The translations under genes and the position numbers were made by a program. The notes under the pieces are model-generated. The model did not search any database and was not told the origin of the DNA. It saw only the letters and a list, made by a program, of their open reading frames with translations. Source: Jimgerdemannia flammicorona (taxonomy: Eukaryota). Taken from it: a DNA stretch of 32,914 nucleotides. Positions 11,055 to 23,550 of this stretch are shown here, piece after piece. Each line of letters begins with the position of its first letter. The stretch's first letter is position 1. The DNA is taken from assembly GCA_003990765.1 (NCBI GenBank), contig RBNJ01000329.1, positions 1-32,914 on the forward strand. The letters are read 5' to 3'.

Positions 11055-12640
11055 AAATATATCATAAGACAGCTAATTAAAGAATATATTTATCAATATT
11101 AAATAAGGTATTAATATCTATATTATTTAAATTATATGATAGAATATTTAGTAATTGGATAGATTCTATATCTTTTAAAATATACTAATTATCAGTTAAA
11201 GACCAATATGTAAGTGAATTATGTATGAGTTTTATCAAAGAAAGGATATGATATAGGAGAATGTGATGACATTAAGATTAAAGATGAAATCTCATCTATA
11301 TGTAAGTAATCTGAAGACTGAATTATCAATATTGATAGAGATGATTTGTAATTGCTAATACATTACAAAGAGATTAACTACTAAAAAGTCATTTTATTAG
11401 ACAAATATTCAAAATATAATAAGCTGATCAGATCTCATTGATAGATGGTATTTTGAGCTAATCAAATTTCAGCAAAGTGTCTTATATGTGAGAGTTTACA
11501 GAGTGTATAGAGTAAATGTATGGTGTGTGGATTGTAAAATAAATAAAAGTATAGTAAAAAGAAGTAATTAAAAATGTTAAGCAAAAACCAGAATACAAAA
11601 AGACTGGATGTGGGTTTGGGCTTTTCAAGGCCCACTATTCACATACATATGTGAAGGAGCCAACACCTATTTATTCCAAAAGAGATAGGTGAGAGAGATA
11701 TGTAAAAATTGATTGAAGATTTAAAAATATAATAGAAATGTCTGCTTAATGAAAAGTATGCTTGAAGGTAAGTAATGAGTGCTAAAGGAAGGAAGTGCAT
11801 TATGGCTGCTGGCATACTTAAAACTAGACTAAATTAGACTAAAACTGATATACTTAAAACTGGACTAAATTAGACTGAAAGAGAGACTAAGACTATAAGT
11901 GAAACTGAGCTAGGGTGAATTGCATAACTGTACTGCTGAAACAAATATTGCTATAGTGAATTGCAAGACTACATTACTTAAATGAATATCACATGGTTTG
12001 TGCCACTTTGCTGCAGTTTAAACTTCATTCATAACTCTATAAATCTAGAGATTACTTTCTATACAATATGTAGAAATTTAATCTTGATAATATGGCTTAT
12101 ATATATGACCCTTGACTATATTTTATAGTTATATTATTTGGATCTACCTTATGGATCTTGATAAATAAAAGCACATTCTACTCAAATCAATAAATATAAA
12201 ATATTTAATTTAATAAATATAATTTTAGTATTTATATAAATATATTCACCAATATCAAATAAAGTATTAATATCTATAATATTCAAATTATCTAGTAGAA
12301 TGTCTAATAATTGGATAGATTCTATATCTTTTAAAATATACTGATTATCAGTTAAAGAAGATCAATATGTGAGTGAATTATGGGTTTCATCAAAGAAAGA
12401 ATATGATATAGGAAAATGTGATGACATTAAGACTAAAGATGAAATCTCATCTATATGTACAAAATCAGAAGACTGAATTGTCAATATTGATAGCGATGAA
12501 GGTTGAGATACTATGTATATGAGGATCAGAATTAGAGACTGGTATTTTAAGCTCTAATGAGATATCAGTCAGCTCTTTGACAATGGGGTAGCCCCTCTCT
12601 TCCTCAATCATATAAAGAGAGATTGCAGATAAAGATATAC
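11055..12640. repeat. AT-rich dispersed repeat family, further copies
   Basis: Homologous to blocks within 3290-4474; interrupted by an insertion at ~11470-12040. Confidence 0.75.
11470..12040. mobile_element. ~570-bp non-coding insertion, possible MITE
   Basis: Splits host sequence tttcag|aaatctagag (contiguous at ~4255-4270). 10-bp inverted repeat cagcaaagtg (11470-11479) / cactttgctg (12004-12013). No clear TSD. Confidence 0.45.
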
Positions 12641-13412
12641 AAATTGTGTTAGATATATAACTATTAACACTATTATATATAAGGCAGTAATATAATTTAT
12701 TTAGAGAATCTTTTATTTTATTGATATAGTTAAGCTATAGCTATGAATTACAAGTATTATATTATACTATTATTCTACTTTCATCTCTAGATGAACAGAT
12801 ATATTTGATTACTAAATTTATATATCTAGATGATATTCAACCTATATGTAATATATGATAATTAATTACTATATTAATTTTGATAAAATATTAAAATTGA
12901 ATATTATTATAAAATATAAATATCTTACCATTAATATCTTTTCTTCTACTATATTTATCATCCTATTTTGTTTTTGAGTTTATTCTGTCATATTTTACTC
13001 TTTTAGTCACTCTAGTCTGTTTTATTGTATATGTTTTAGTTTCTTGCTTCTGGATCTTTCTCCTCTGTTTATTTTGTCTTTTAATAACTACTGTCATCAA
13101 ATCTTTATAATGTAGACTCTTAATAATCATAGTGTATTTTGCTGATCTGACCTATTTATCTTAGAAGAGCAGATACTCTAAATAGACCTATTTTATATTT
13201 TGCTATTGGTTATATTATGATAAAGGATATTTTCTATAGTAAAATAAAATAAAAATATTTCAGTAATTAGCATAAATTGGATTTCTAGCTAAATAGTATA
13301 ATTTTTCATTTTATTGATATAGTACTGGCTATATTAGCTAATGAGTTCTGTCTTTTCTGGCAGCAATCTCAAATTTGAGCCCTTTGATATTATGTAACAG
13401 ATATCTCTCTAT

Positions 13413-13717
13413 TATGATATATGTATGATATAAAATAGAAATAAGAATTAGAAGAATAAATATTTGATCATGATATCTGAATCTAATTTCAAATATAGTA
13501 TAGTATTTCAACAATATTAAAATTTTTCAACACTTTCAAAATAACTCATAACTTAGCCACCCATCTCATAGTATATAAATCTGTATAAATGACCCAATAT
13601 TTTAGAGTAAATAAAGCTCAGTACAGTCAGTTCAGTTCAAAGGTCTTCTTTATATACTCTTTCTTTCTTTATATAAAATCCATCTAACTCACCAAGTTCC
13701 ACATCCACTATATTACA
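13413..13717 (+). repeat. Degenerate 5' LTR related to family A (element C), followed by a PBS-like site and leader
   Basis: Aligns with the reverse complement of LTR A (actcataacttagccac, tgtataaat, agagtaaataaagctcag, ctatattaca). Next comes acttagtatctattggctggt, matching A's acttggtgttcattggctagt. Start approximate. Confidence 0.75.
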
Positions 13718-13997
13718 ACTTAGTATCTATTGGCTGGTAATTTAAGATGAATTTTCACTTTTAAGCTGAAAAATGAATAACTGCTATACAGACCATCATG
13801 TTGTATATAGTATTTGTCTGTACTATCTGCTGTTAATTAGTTGTTCTGATTGTCAGCCTCATTTCTATAAACCATTAGTATTGAATAATAGACATTCTAG
13901 AAGAATATATTATTGAGTTAATAGCTGGGTCACTCTTTAGTTTGAGAGATAATATTATAAAAATTAATTGCCAAAAACACTGAACAAACCATCATGC

Positions 13998-14365
13998 TGA
14001 ATAGATCACTGTATGGACCACTACTACTCAATTTTGAAGAAGATGAAGAGACCACTATATAGACCACTATGATCTGATTTTGAAGATGATGAATGGACTG
14101 CTATATGGACTACTGCCACTTGATTTTGAAGAAGATGAACAGACTGCTGTATGGACCACTGCTATCTGATTTTGAAGATGACAAATAGACTGCTGTACAG
14201 ACCACTGCTACTTAATTTTAAAGAAAATAAACATACCACTGTATGGATTACTGCTATCTGATTTTGAAGATGATGAATAGACTGCTGTATAGACCACTGA
14301 TACCTGATTTTGAAGAAGATGAATGAACCACTATATAGACCACTATTACCTGAATTTTGAAGATA
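13998..14365. repeat. Minisatellite, 8 x 46 bp
   Basis: Unit like tgaatagactgctgtatggaccactgctatctgattttgaagatga; flanked by a ~160-bp direct repeat (~13823-13980, ~14379-14535). Confidence 0.92.
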
Positions 14366-16058
14366 TTGTTTATTTATGCTATCTACTGTTAATTGGTTGT
14401 TCTGATTACTAGCCTCATTTCTGTAAATCATCAGTATTGAACAATAGATACTCTGGAAGAATATATTATTGAGTTAATAGCTAGATTGCTTTTTAGTTCA
14501 AGGGATAACATTATAAAAATTAATCACTGAAAATGCCAAATAATGACCATACAAAGAACTACTATAGAGAAAAGAAGATACAAACTATTGTCTGACTTTT
14601 GATGATATACAAACTACCATTACTTATTAAAGATACCATACAAAGCTATCATCTAACTCTTGATAATATATAAATAGACTGCTATGAAGAATAAAAGAAA
14701 TGAACCAATGCCTAAGTTAATTATTTGAAGAACACTACTCATTATACAACTGTTAAGCTTCAGATATCTAGAGATTGAATTTTATATAATTAAATATAAA
14801 TATTGTAGAGAAATTAAAAACTATTACTAGATTTAATATTATTAATATATATATATAAGTGAAATTAATATAATTATTTCTTTAGGTATCATATATATTT
14901 AGTAAAATATAGCTATTTAATATATGTACAATATTATAAAGCTCAAATATATTATTACTGACAGATTATAGAGAGATTAATTATTGAAAAGATATTTTAT
15001 AAAGCAAAATTTCAAAATATAATAAGCTGATCATAGATAGTATTTTACACTAACTAAATTTCAGAAATCTAAAAAGAAAATAAAAATTAATCACTAGATT
15101 TAATATAATTAATATATATGGAAGCAAAATTAATGTGCTCTGATCAATATTATTCCTTCAGATATTATATATTTAATAAAATATAGCTTTGTAATTATGT
15201 AGAGAAATATCTAATATATTTTACTACAGAGCTTAAAATATGTAATTACTGATAGATTATAGAGGAATTAACTATTAAAATAATATTTTATAAAGTAAAA
15301 TTTCAAAATATCATGAGCTGATCAGATCTTATTAGTAGATAGTATTTTACACTAATTAAATTTCAGTAATATATTTTAGAGAAAATTAAACCTTGTCACT
15401 AGAATAATTAATATATATATAAGTGAAATTAATATACTCTGAGCAATATTATTCCTTTAGATATAATATATATTTAGCAAAATATAACTTTGTAAATATG
15501 TAGAGAAAAATTTAATATATAATACTACAGAGCTTAAAATATATAATTGCTAATTGATTGTAGAGGAATTAACTATTAAAATAATATTTTATAAAGTAAA
15601 ATTTCAAGATATAATGAGCTGATAATATCTCATTGATAGAAAGTATTTCACACTAACCAAATTTCAGAAATCTCAAAATTATATTCTAGTAATATATTTT
15701 AGAGAAATTAAACCCTGTTACTAGAATAATTAATATGTATGAAAGTGAAATTAATATACTCTGACCAATATTATTCCTTCAGATATAATATATATTTAGC
15801 AAAATATAACTCTGTAAATATGTAGAGAAATATTTAATATATAATACTATAGAGCTTAAAATATATAATTACTAATAGATTATAAAGGAATTAATTATTG
15901 AAATAATATTTTATAAAGTAAAATTTCAAGATATAATGGACTGATCAGATCTCATTAGTAGATAGTATTTCACACTAACCAAATTTCAGAAATCTCGAGA
16001 TTATATTCTAGTAATATATTTTAAAGAAATTAAACCCTATTACTAAAATAATTAATAT

Positions 16059-17599
16059 TATCACATAGTGGTCACTGAGTCCTTCAAATATGTTAGATTC
16101 TCTTCAAGGTGTATCTCTTAGACTAACTCAAGTTTGTTATAAGCAAGTTCTTATTGGAGTACCTTCCCAAAGTCTTATAGTCCTCAAACTTCTTATCTTT
16201 AAACTGTCTAGTTATCTCTTTAGATTACTCATAAGAAATTGTATATAAGTGAACTTGACTGACATTATTTTGAAGAAAATAAGAGGAATATTTATATAAA
16301 ATATAATTCAATGGTTGCTAAGATATAAAGCTAAATATAAATTCCAATAATCAAATAAAATACTGGAATACAGAAAATTGCCAAGTTCTAGTATTGACAC
16401 AGATGGTTGCAGCACAGGTTCAGAATACTGGTATAATTTTGGTAATACAGGAAAAGGGTGCTGGAATAATTCTTAGTTATATATATAAGATCAGAATGCC
16501 AGTAGAGGAATAGATGTTATACAGGAAAAGAATGCCAGCATAATTCAGTATAACTAAGAGACTTAGAGTAGAATATTCAAGACCACGGATGCTTCATCCT
16601 CATCATCGCTGAAGGAGATGAGATCTGTGAATGTTTCATCACATGTTTTGTATATGTCGCACAGGATGACGTCATCGCTGATGATGTCATCACATTTGGC
16701 AGTGGGGCTCTTCAATCTATAAGATTCTCTTTCACAAAATAAGGGACAAATGTGGGGTCTTGGGGAGGTCTAACCTGGATACTTGGGCCTTGGAATATTG
16801 AGATCAATCCTTGCAGGAATTGATCTGGATTGTCCTGGAGAATGGGATACCAGAAGTCTTCTACTTCATCACTATTGAAGGTGATAGTGGACTGAGCTTC
16901 TGTAGCCACCCTGGCTACTAGTGCATTGATATGGCAGGCTGACAGATCTCTGAAGTCTGAGACTCTAATATACTCCAAGTTGAGGATTGACCATAGTATA
17001 TGCCTGAAGATCTGATGAATCTTCTTAGCTATCCTTATTTTATATATCTATGGAAGTGGTATCTTATAGCTCTTGAGGGCTGGCTTGAGGGAATTTCTGG
17101 CAGAGGAGGTTTTCTATTTCATATTCTTATTATATCTGGAGGCATTTAGTAGCAATGGTGATTTTTGTTTCTATCTCACAGTAGTAGAGGATATAATAAT
17201 AAGAGTCATTAGTATCCAGGTTGAGACTAGGAGTCCTTCTTATATGGATCCTCATGGCTCTTCTGATGTCTTGGAACATCCTTTCTTCAACTGAGGGGTC
17301 TTGGTAGTTCCTTGATCTTGAGGTTTGGTGAGCAGTAGGTATTTTATTTGTAGTAAATCTTTGAGCTATTTTGGTATTGGTGGATCTTATTGAGTTGCTG
17401 CTACTGCAGTTCCTTGATCCTTCTTTTATATTCCTCAAGATGCCTGTACTGTGGTCACAATGACTCATAGTTAGTCATTATTGCTCATCTTGTATTTTGG
17501 GTGAGTTATGCCATATGATCTTCTTATACTCCGATCTGGTAGCTTACAAGGAATTACTGTCTCTTGTGCTGATATCATCATTCTGAGGTCACTGTTACA
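16059..17599 (-). mobile_element. Element D: 1541-bp solo-LTR-like insertion containing an ORF
   Basis: On the minus strand starts TGTAAC and ends TGTGA(T)A (mutated CA). 4-bp TSD ATAT (16055-16058 / 17600-17603). The host tandem unit is restored on removal. Confidence 0.75.
16712..17468 (-). pseudogene. ORF3-like gene inside element D (stops, one frameshift near 17045)
   Basis: ...ERMFQDIRRAMRIH...QI**EYEIENLL...RIAKKIHQIFRHILWSILNLEYIRVSDFRDLS...ENLID*. Start codon uncertain (17468, or a mutated ATG at ~17342). Confidence 0.6.
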
Positions 17600-17862
17600 A
17601 TATGTATAAAAGTGAAATTAATATACTCTGACCAATCTTATTTTTAGATGTTATATATATTTAGTAAAATATAGCTCTATAATCATATAAAGAAATATTT
17701 AATATATAATACTATAGAGCTCAAAATATATAATTGTTAATAGATTGCAGAGGAATTAACTATTGAAATAATATTTTATAATAACCAAATTTTAGAAATC
17801 TAAAAATTAATATTGTAGAGAAATTAAAACCTATCACTAGATATAATATAATTAATATATAT

Positions 17863-19083
17863 TGTGATGAGCAACAGAATTGTACTACTGAAATCATAAA
17901 TTAGCCACATACTATATCTAGTGCACTAAGCAACAAAGACTACTTTACTGCACCAATCTGTATATTTAGCCAGAGATACCAGAAACAGTATGTTTACCTA
18001 TACCCTCCAGGTATACTATACCCTCAAGATACACTGTACCCTCAATATACACTGTACCCTTAAGTAATACTTGCCCTAGATAGTAATCTATAGTTAGCAA
18101 CATATAACTAGTAGCAACTACAACTGTATAAAATACCCCAGAGATAAGAGTGAATAAACCTCAGTCCAAATTGAATCTAAAGCAAAAGTCAAGTCTGCCT
18201 ACTATACTTCAAGAGGAACTCTACAGCTATTGCTAGGGGATTGTGAGCAAAGTATTCCTTTCTACTCTGGTCCACTTTCCAATATAAAGAAGAGTTTGTT
18301 ACCTTTTTGGTTTACTTACCAGATAAGCCTGAAGAATCTGAGTTTGCTATCAAGTTTAAGTAAAGGTCTTTGCTGCCATTTCTGAGTTATCTGTATTCCC
18401 AGAAAGCCCCCTATAAGAAACCTTGCCACAAGCCAGTCTTTTGATACAACTTTGCAGTGATTTATTCATGCAAATGAAGCCAGTCTTTTGATACAACTTT
18501 GCAGTGATTCATTCATACAAATGAAGTTAGTCTTTAATGTAACTTGCCAAGAATCTGTACTATCTGAGTTATTAGTTTTGTTTCCAGTAAGTCCAATTTA
18601 GAGAATCTGCTGCCAGTATCATTCCCAGTAAGCTGATTCAAAAGAATCTGCACTATCTGCTATTTCTAGAAGAACTGCTGAGTTATTATTCCCAGAAGTC
18701 CACCAATTTAGGAGAATCCATGCCAAATTGAGTCATCTGTCAAATTACCAGAACATCACACATAAGGAATCCACTATTCCACATGGAGATTGACACACTA
18801 TACAAGATTATCATGCAGAAATCATATAAGGAGAACTGCCAAATTGCCAGACCATCATATATAAGGAATACTCATACCATATATATAAATTACTGCTATA
18901 CTCAGAGAACTGTCCCAATTAGGAAATTGATATACAAATCACTTGCAGATATCCAGCTTTGACTATTATACCACTAAATACCAAGAATATTTTATTGCTT
19001 TTAACAAAGTAACTGGGGGCTCAAGCTAAACTACATCAATCCCCAACCTTATAATTTGCCTCCATTGAGCCAGGCATATTATA
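17863..19083 (+). repeat. 5' LTR of element B (3' end inferred; alternative end ~19006)
   Basis: Matches 26982-27820 up to ~18749. End placed before tgggggcttaactgagaa (19086-19103). Contains 18-bp and 47-bp internal tandem repeats. Confidence 0.75.
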
Positions 19084-21377
19084 TTTGGGGGCTTAACTGA
19101 GAAGATTTTAAATCAATATGACTTTTCAGCTCACAAGAACCCATAGTCAAACTAGATATATTTGATATAACACCAATCTCTATTACTACAGAAGAACCAG
19201 TCATCACTAGTATTTGGACAGGAAGAGAAGTAATAACTTCAAGACTTGCTAACTACACAGCATAAGAAGAATTTCAACCAGAACCAGAAGCCAGTACAGC
19301 CCAAAATCCCCAATCAGATCAATCAGACAATACAGGCAGTCCTGTTGGAAACCTTGCAGAACTTGCCCAAGAACTAGAAGATATCATTACATAAGTCTGA
19401 AATTATACAGCCAGATATCCTATAGCAGTTCCACCAATTTCACCCATAGAACCTTTACCACCAGCTCTTGTAGAATTGGAAGTAGCTCCTACAAGAATAT
19501 CTAGGCTCATTCCACTTTGTCTAAGGTCCAGAACACCATTCTCAAGATATCCAAGCACCCCCATCTCCAGTAATAGTTCAGAAAGTGAATCAGAGTCAGA
19601 ATCTGAATCAGAATCCAGACCAGAACCAGAATTAGAAGAAAGTGACAATGAAATGTCCACCTTATTGCCAATCTTTGCAGAATATCTGGAGGAAGATCCT
19701 AGAGAATTCCTTGATGGAATTGAAGGAATTGCAGTCCTGAGAAATCTCTCAGATGAAAGGAAAATCACCATCTATAAGGCCCAGCTCAGAGAACTAGTCA
19801 GAGGAATTTTCCACCAAACAGCAAATGATCCAAATTAGAACTGGCAGCAGAAATATAAGCAGCAGTATCTTTTTAGCTAGAATACATAGCCATGGTCCAC
19901 TGGCTTATCAAAAAATACATAGGAAATGAAACCCATCACAAGGCTCAAGAATCCATCATAGAGATGAAGATGAATCTTAGAGAATCACCCAGAGCCTTCT
20001 TTACAAGAATCCAGAAGAGAATGCATACTGCTGGATTTAATGCCACCAATCAAGACATCATAGGACCAATGACCTTCATGAATGAGATTCCCCCAAATAT
20101 TGCTCAGCATGTCTGTACTCTAGGCATCAGAAGGTCTGAAGAGTAAGTAGATACAGCCCAAGGATTCTTTGATGTCAGACAAGAAACTACCTGGAGTGAT
20201 CATGACAAGAAAGAAGATAAAGAAGACATCCTGGTCAAAGCCCTATAAGGACTCCTTCAAGGACAAGAGAGATCTGAAGAAAGAAGACCAGCTAAAGAAG
20301 GAAAGAAGGACAGGAATAAAATCCAAGACCTCAGTTCCAAGTTGGACCAATTGGTTGAATAGATCAAAAAACTCACCACATATGAAAATTAGAGTTATCA
20401 AGACAACTGAGGATATCCCCCACAAAGGAATCAAGGTTATTCATCTAGAGATAACAGGAGCTATCAGCAAGAAAAAAGAAGATACTCTGTTCAAGACCAA
20501 GCCCAAGTCCAATGCTTCTACTGTGGACAATTCAGATACTATACCACTAAATGTGACAATAAAAGAAGTAATCAAAGGGACTTAGAACCACCAAATCAAA
20601 GGAATGACACTCAGTACAAGAAGGCTGAAGCTCATCCTGTCGAAGATTTTAAAGAAGCAAGCAATAGTGAAGACTACAGTGACTTAGACTTGTACTCTAC
20701 TAAGGTTACCATCTGAAAGACAGTCTACCCAGCAGAGAAAAGGAAGAGACCTGTTAGAAGGCCATCCAGGAATATCAGCAGGAGAATTATCCAAGAAGAA
20801 GATGAAGAACATGAAGAGGAGCAAGTAGAAACACCTCTCCAGACTCCCTTACCTTTTGTCTCTGAGACAAATGAGTTGCCACCAGAGGATGAAGAAATGG
20901 AGCAAGAAGAATGGGAACCTACTGCCCCAAAGCCCAAGAAGAAGTACACCCCAAAGACTATACCCAGAGATATCTACAATGAAGCCTGGCAGAAGATCCA
21001 AGAAGCCAAGATGGAAGTCCCTCTCCTGCAGTTCCTGCAACTGATATCAGCTAGAGTTTGAAACAAATTACTGAGAACCACTAGGTCCAGCACTGGCTGA
21101 GTTCCAATCCCACAACAAGAGCCAGCTTCTATTCCTATTCAAGCTACAGAAAGATATGTCAGCACCTACTTACATGGAGATATTGGAGAACAAAAGGCAA
21201 AAATCCTTATAGATACAGAAGCAGCTATCTGTATTATTGCCAAATAGTTCCTGAATACCCTCCAATGGCCATTGATGGACCATCCAACCTCAGCATTATA
21301 GTAGCAGATGGAGCCTGAACTCAGCCCCTTGGAGAAGTATGAAACATCACTATCTCCCTGGGACACATTCAGTTCTC

Positions 21378-21687
21378 TTTTTTTTTTTTTTTTTTATAGT
21401 CTCTTGGGCTCCGTCTTTATTACCAGTCTATGATTAAGTATACAATATCACCACCCACTAACCGATCCCCATCGGGGGGCCCCACCCCACCTCTTCACAT
21501 ATAAAGACCACCCTCTCACCAACAACTCCAACCCTCCCACCACTCTGACCATAGATTTTCACCACCAAGTGGCGCCTCCGCCCCCCCTGCAGCCTCCAAC
21601 CAAGCCACCAGCCTGTCAAGGTATCCTCCATAAGGAACTGCCACCTTGCTAACTGACTCCCCAAGCTCTGTCGCTTCTCCTCCTCAA
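21378..21687 (-). mobile_element. 5'-truncated non-LTR (LINE-type) retro-insertion within the protease of B
   Basis: 16-17 bp TSD gacacattcagttctc(t) at 21362 and 21688; 18-nt poly(A) tail; AATAAA at 21416-21421 (minus); open 3' end of an ORF stopping at 21458; CpGs retained. Confidence 0.92.
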
Positions 21688-23139
21688 GACACATTCAGTT
21701 CTCTATCCCAAAGGCTGTTATTACTGAAGCTGTCATCTATGATATAATTCTTAGCACCAACTGGATGAAGAAAATGAATGCAGTTGTCAATATCAGATAA
21801 CAAGTACTCAAGTTTGACTACTGAGATAAGAAGTACAGAGTCAAGGTGACCAGCTATGAGCAATTAAAGAAGAAGAAGGTCACTATCTAGAAAGAATATG
21901 CTAGTAGCAAAGAGTCTACCACAGAGGAGAAAGAAGAATCTGAAGATGAAAATGATCCCAGACTCAATCCCAGGATCAACCTAGTGGATTACAGACCAGA
22001 AGACAATGTATGGGCCAAGAACACTGTCCCCATTACCATTAAAGCCATTACAGGAGAAATCAAAGGATGCCCCACCTGCCTCAAGAGACACAAGTGCTCC
22101 AAGCACTCCTCCAAGATCATTGGAACAAGGAATTTGTCTGGCACAGCCTGCCCAGAGTGCAGAAAGAAGAAGAAATACAGACATATTCCAGAAATACCTG
22201 CAGCTGAAGCTGCAGAAGTATAAGCAATTTGGGGTCAAGAAGTATCTGAGGAAGAAGAAGCTCCTGACCAAGAAGTTTCTGAACAAGAAGCACCCAAAGA
22301 AGAAGAAATCCCCAAACTCATTCCCTGGGATGACTCTCACTGGATACTACCTGAAGATGATGACTCTTGGAATATTGAAGAAGGATCCAGTATAATCTCC
22401 ATTATTCCAAAGAAAGAAATATACCAAGAAAAAGCTTTTTAGCTAGGAAGATATCCACACCAAATGATCTTCCACTCTCCCTGAGACTACTGCTATCAGT
22501 GCCATCTATTAGACCAATAAGAGAGACAGAGACCCCAGAGACCAGAACTCTCAAATACAGTTGCACAGTCAACTATCTTCCAAAAAGTTACCACTAAGTT
22601 GCAAAGTTGATTTAAAGGACAAGGTCTCTTTACCTGAATAGAAGTATACCTCTTATCCACTCTTTCTCCAACTTATGACCAAGATGAATACCAATTCCTA
22701 AGACAATAAGAAATCAACAACTGAGAACATCATTTCCAAGCAATGGAATATTGTAACCATAGAAGACACCCAGACTACTGAGACTGCAGACATCAGAAGA
22801 TTCACCTTAGTCATGATGTTGCAATTCACACCTTAAATAGAGGAGACAACAGAGGCCAGATCCGAAAAAGCCAGACCAAGAAGCCAGGAAGAAGGACTCT
22901 CAAGATCTATGATTTAGGAGAAGACATTCTAGCTCTTATTAGACATACAACCCACTAAGGAAGGGTAGAGAATGCCACCATCTTCATAGAAGCCATAGAC
23001 CCTATAGGAAGAAGAGGAATTAACTATCTCCAAGACCCCTCTACTGGAGCCAGATGGCCACACCTCAACCTCAGAGCCTAGAGGCTCTCTGCTAGTAGAG
23101 CCTCAGCCCAAGGACAGCTCAAACTCAGCAAGAATGTTG

Positions 23140-23550
23140 CCCAGTATGCCCTACTACATCCCAAGGCCAAACCCCTGACCAAAGCCCACCCAGAAGATGT
23201 AGGATATGATCTTCACAGTCTGGAGGATGAATCCATTAAGCCTGGAAAAATATTCATGATCAGAACCAGACTAGCCATACAATCACCCCAAGGAACTTAC
23301 ATTCAACTGACCTCAAGGTCTGGACTTGCCAGACAAGGAATAACCATAGAAGGAGGAACTATTGACCCAGGATATATATGTAGGTGAAATCAAGGTCATC
23401 CTATACAACAGTAGTACTGAATGGCACCAAATCATTAGAGGACAAAAGATTGCCCAAGCAGTCTTCATGAAGGTCAAGACCCCACAGTTACAAGAAGTTT
23501 CCAAACTAACTGAAGGAACAAGGTAAGCCAAAGGATTCAGAAGCTCAGAT
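23140..23550 (+). pseudogene. dut: dUTPase domain of element B
   Basis: DVGYDL, TSRSGLA, GGTIDPGY(frameshift)GEIKV, KIAQ, R*AKGFRSSD. Confidence 0.92.

Larger units (their letters stand above)
14760..17862. repeat. AT-rich tandem repeat, ~265-322 bp unit, 5-6 copies, interrupted by element D
   Basis: Anchor aagtgaaattaat (or variant) at ~14857, 15122, 15421, 15743 and 17610. Confidence 0.9.

Noticed and set aside
12660..13410. Possible degraded coding or transposase remnant
   Set aside because: Too decayed; no motif identified in the minus-strand reading I attempted.
13998..14365. CRISPR-like regular array
   Set aside because: Units are contiguous tandem copies without unique spacers; eukaryotic context and no cas genes.
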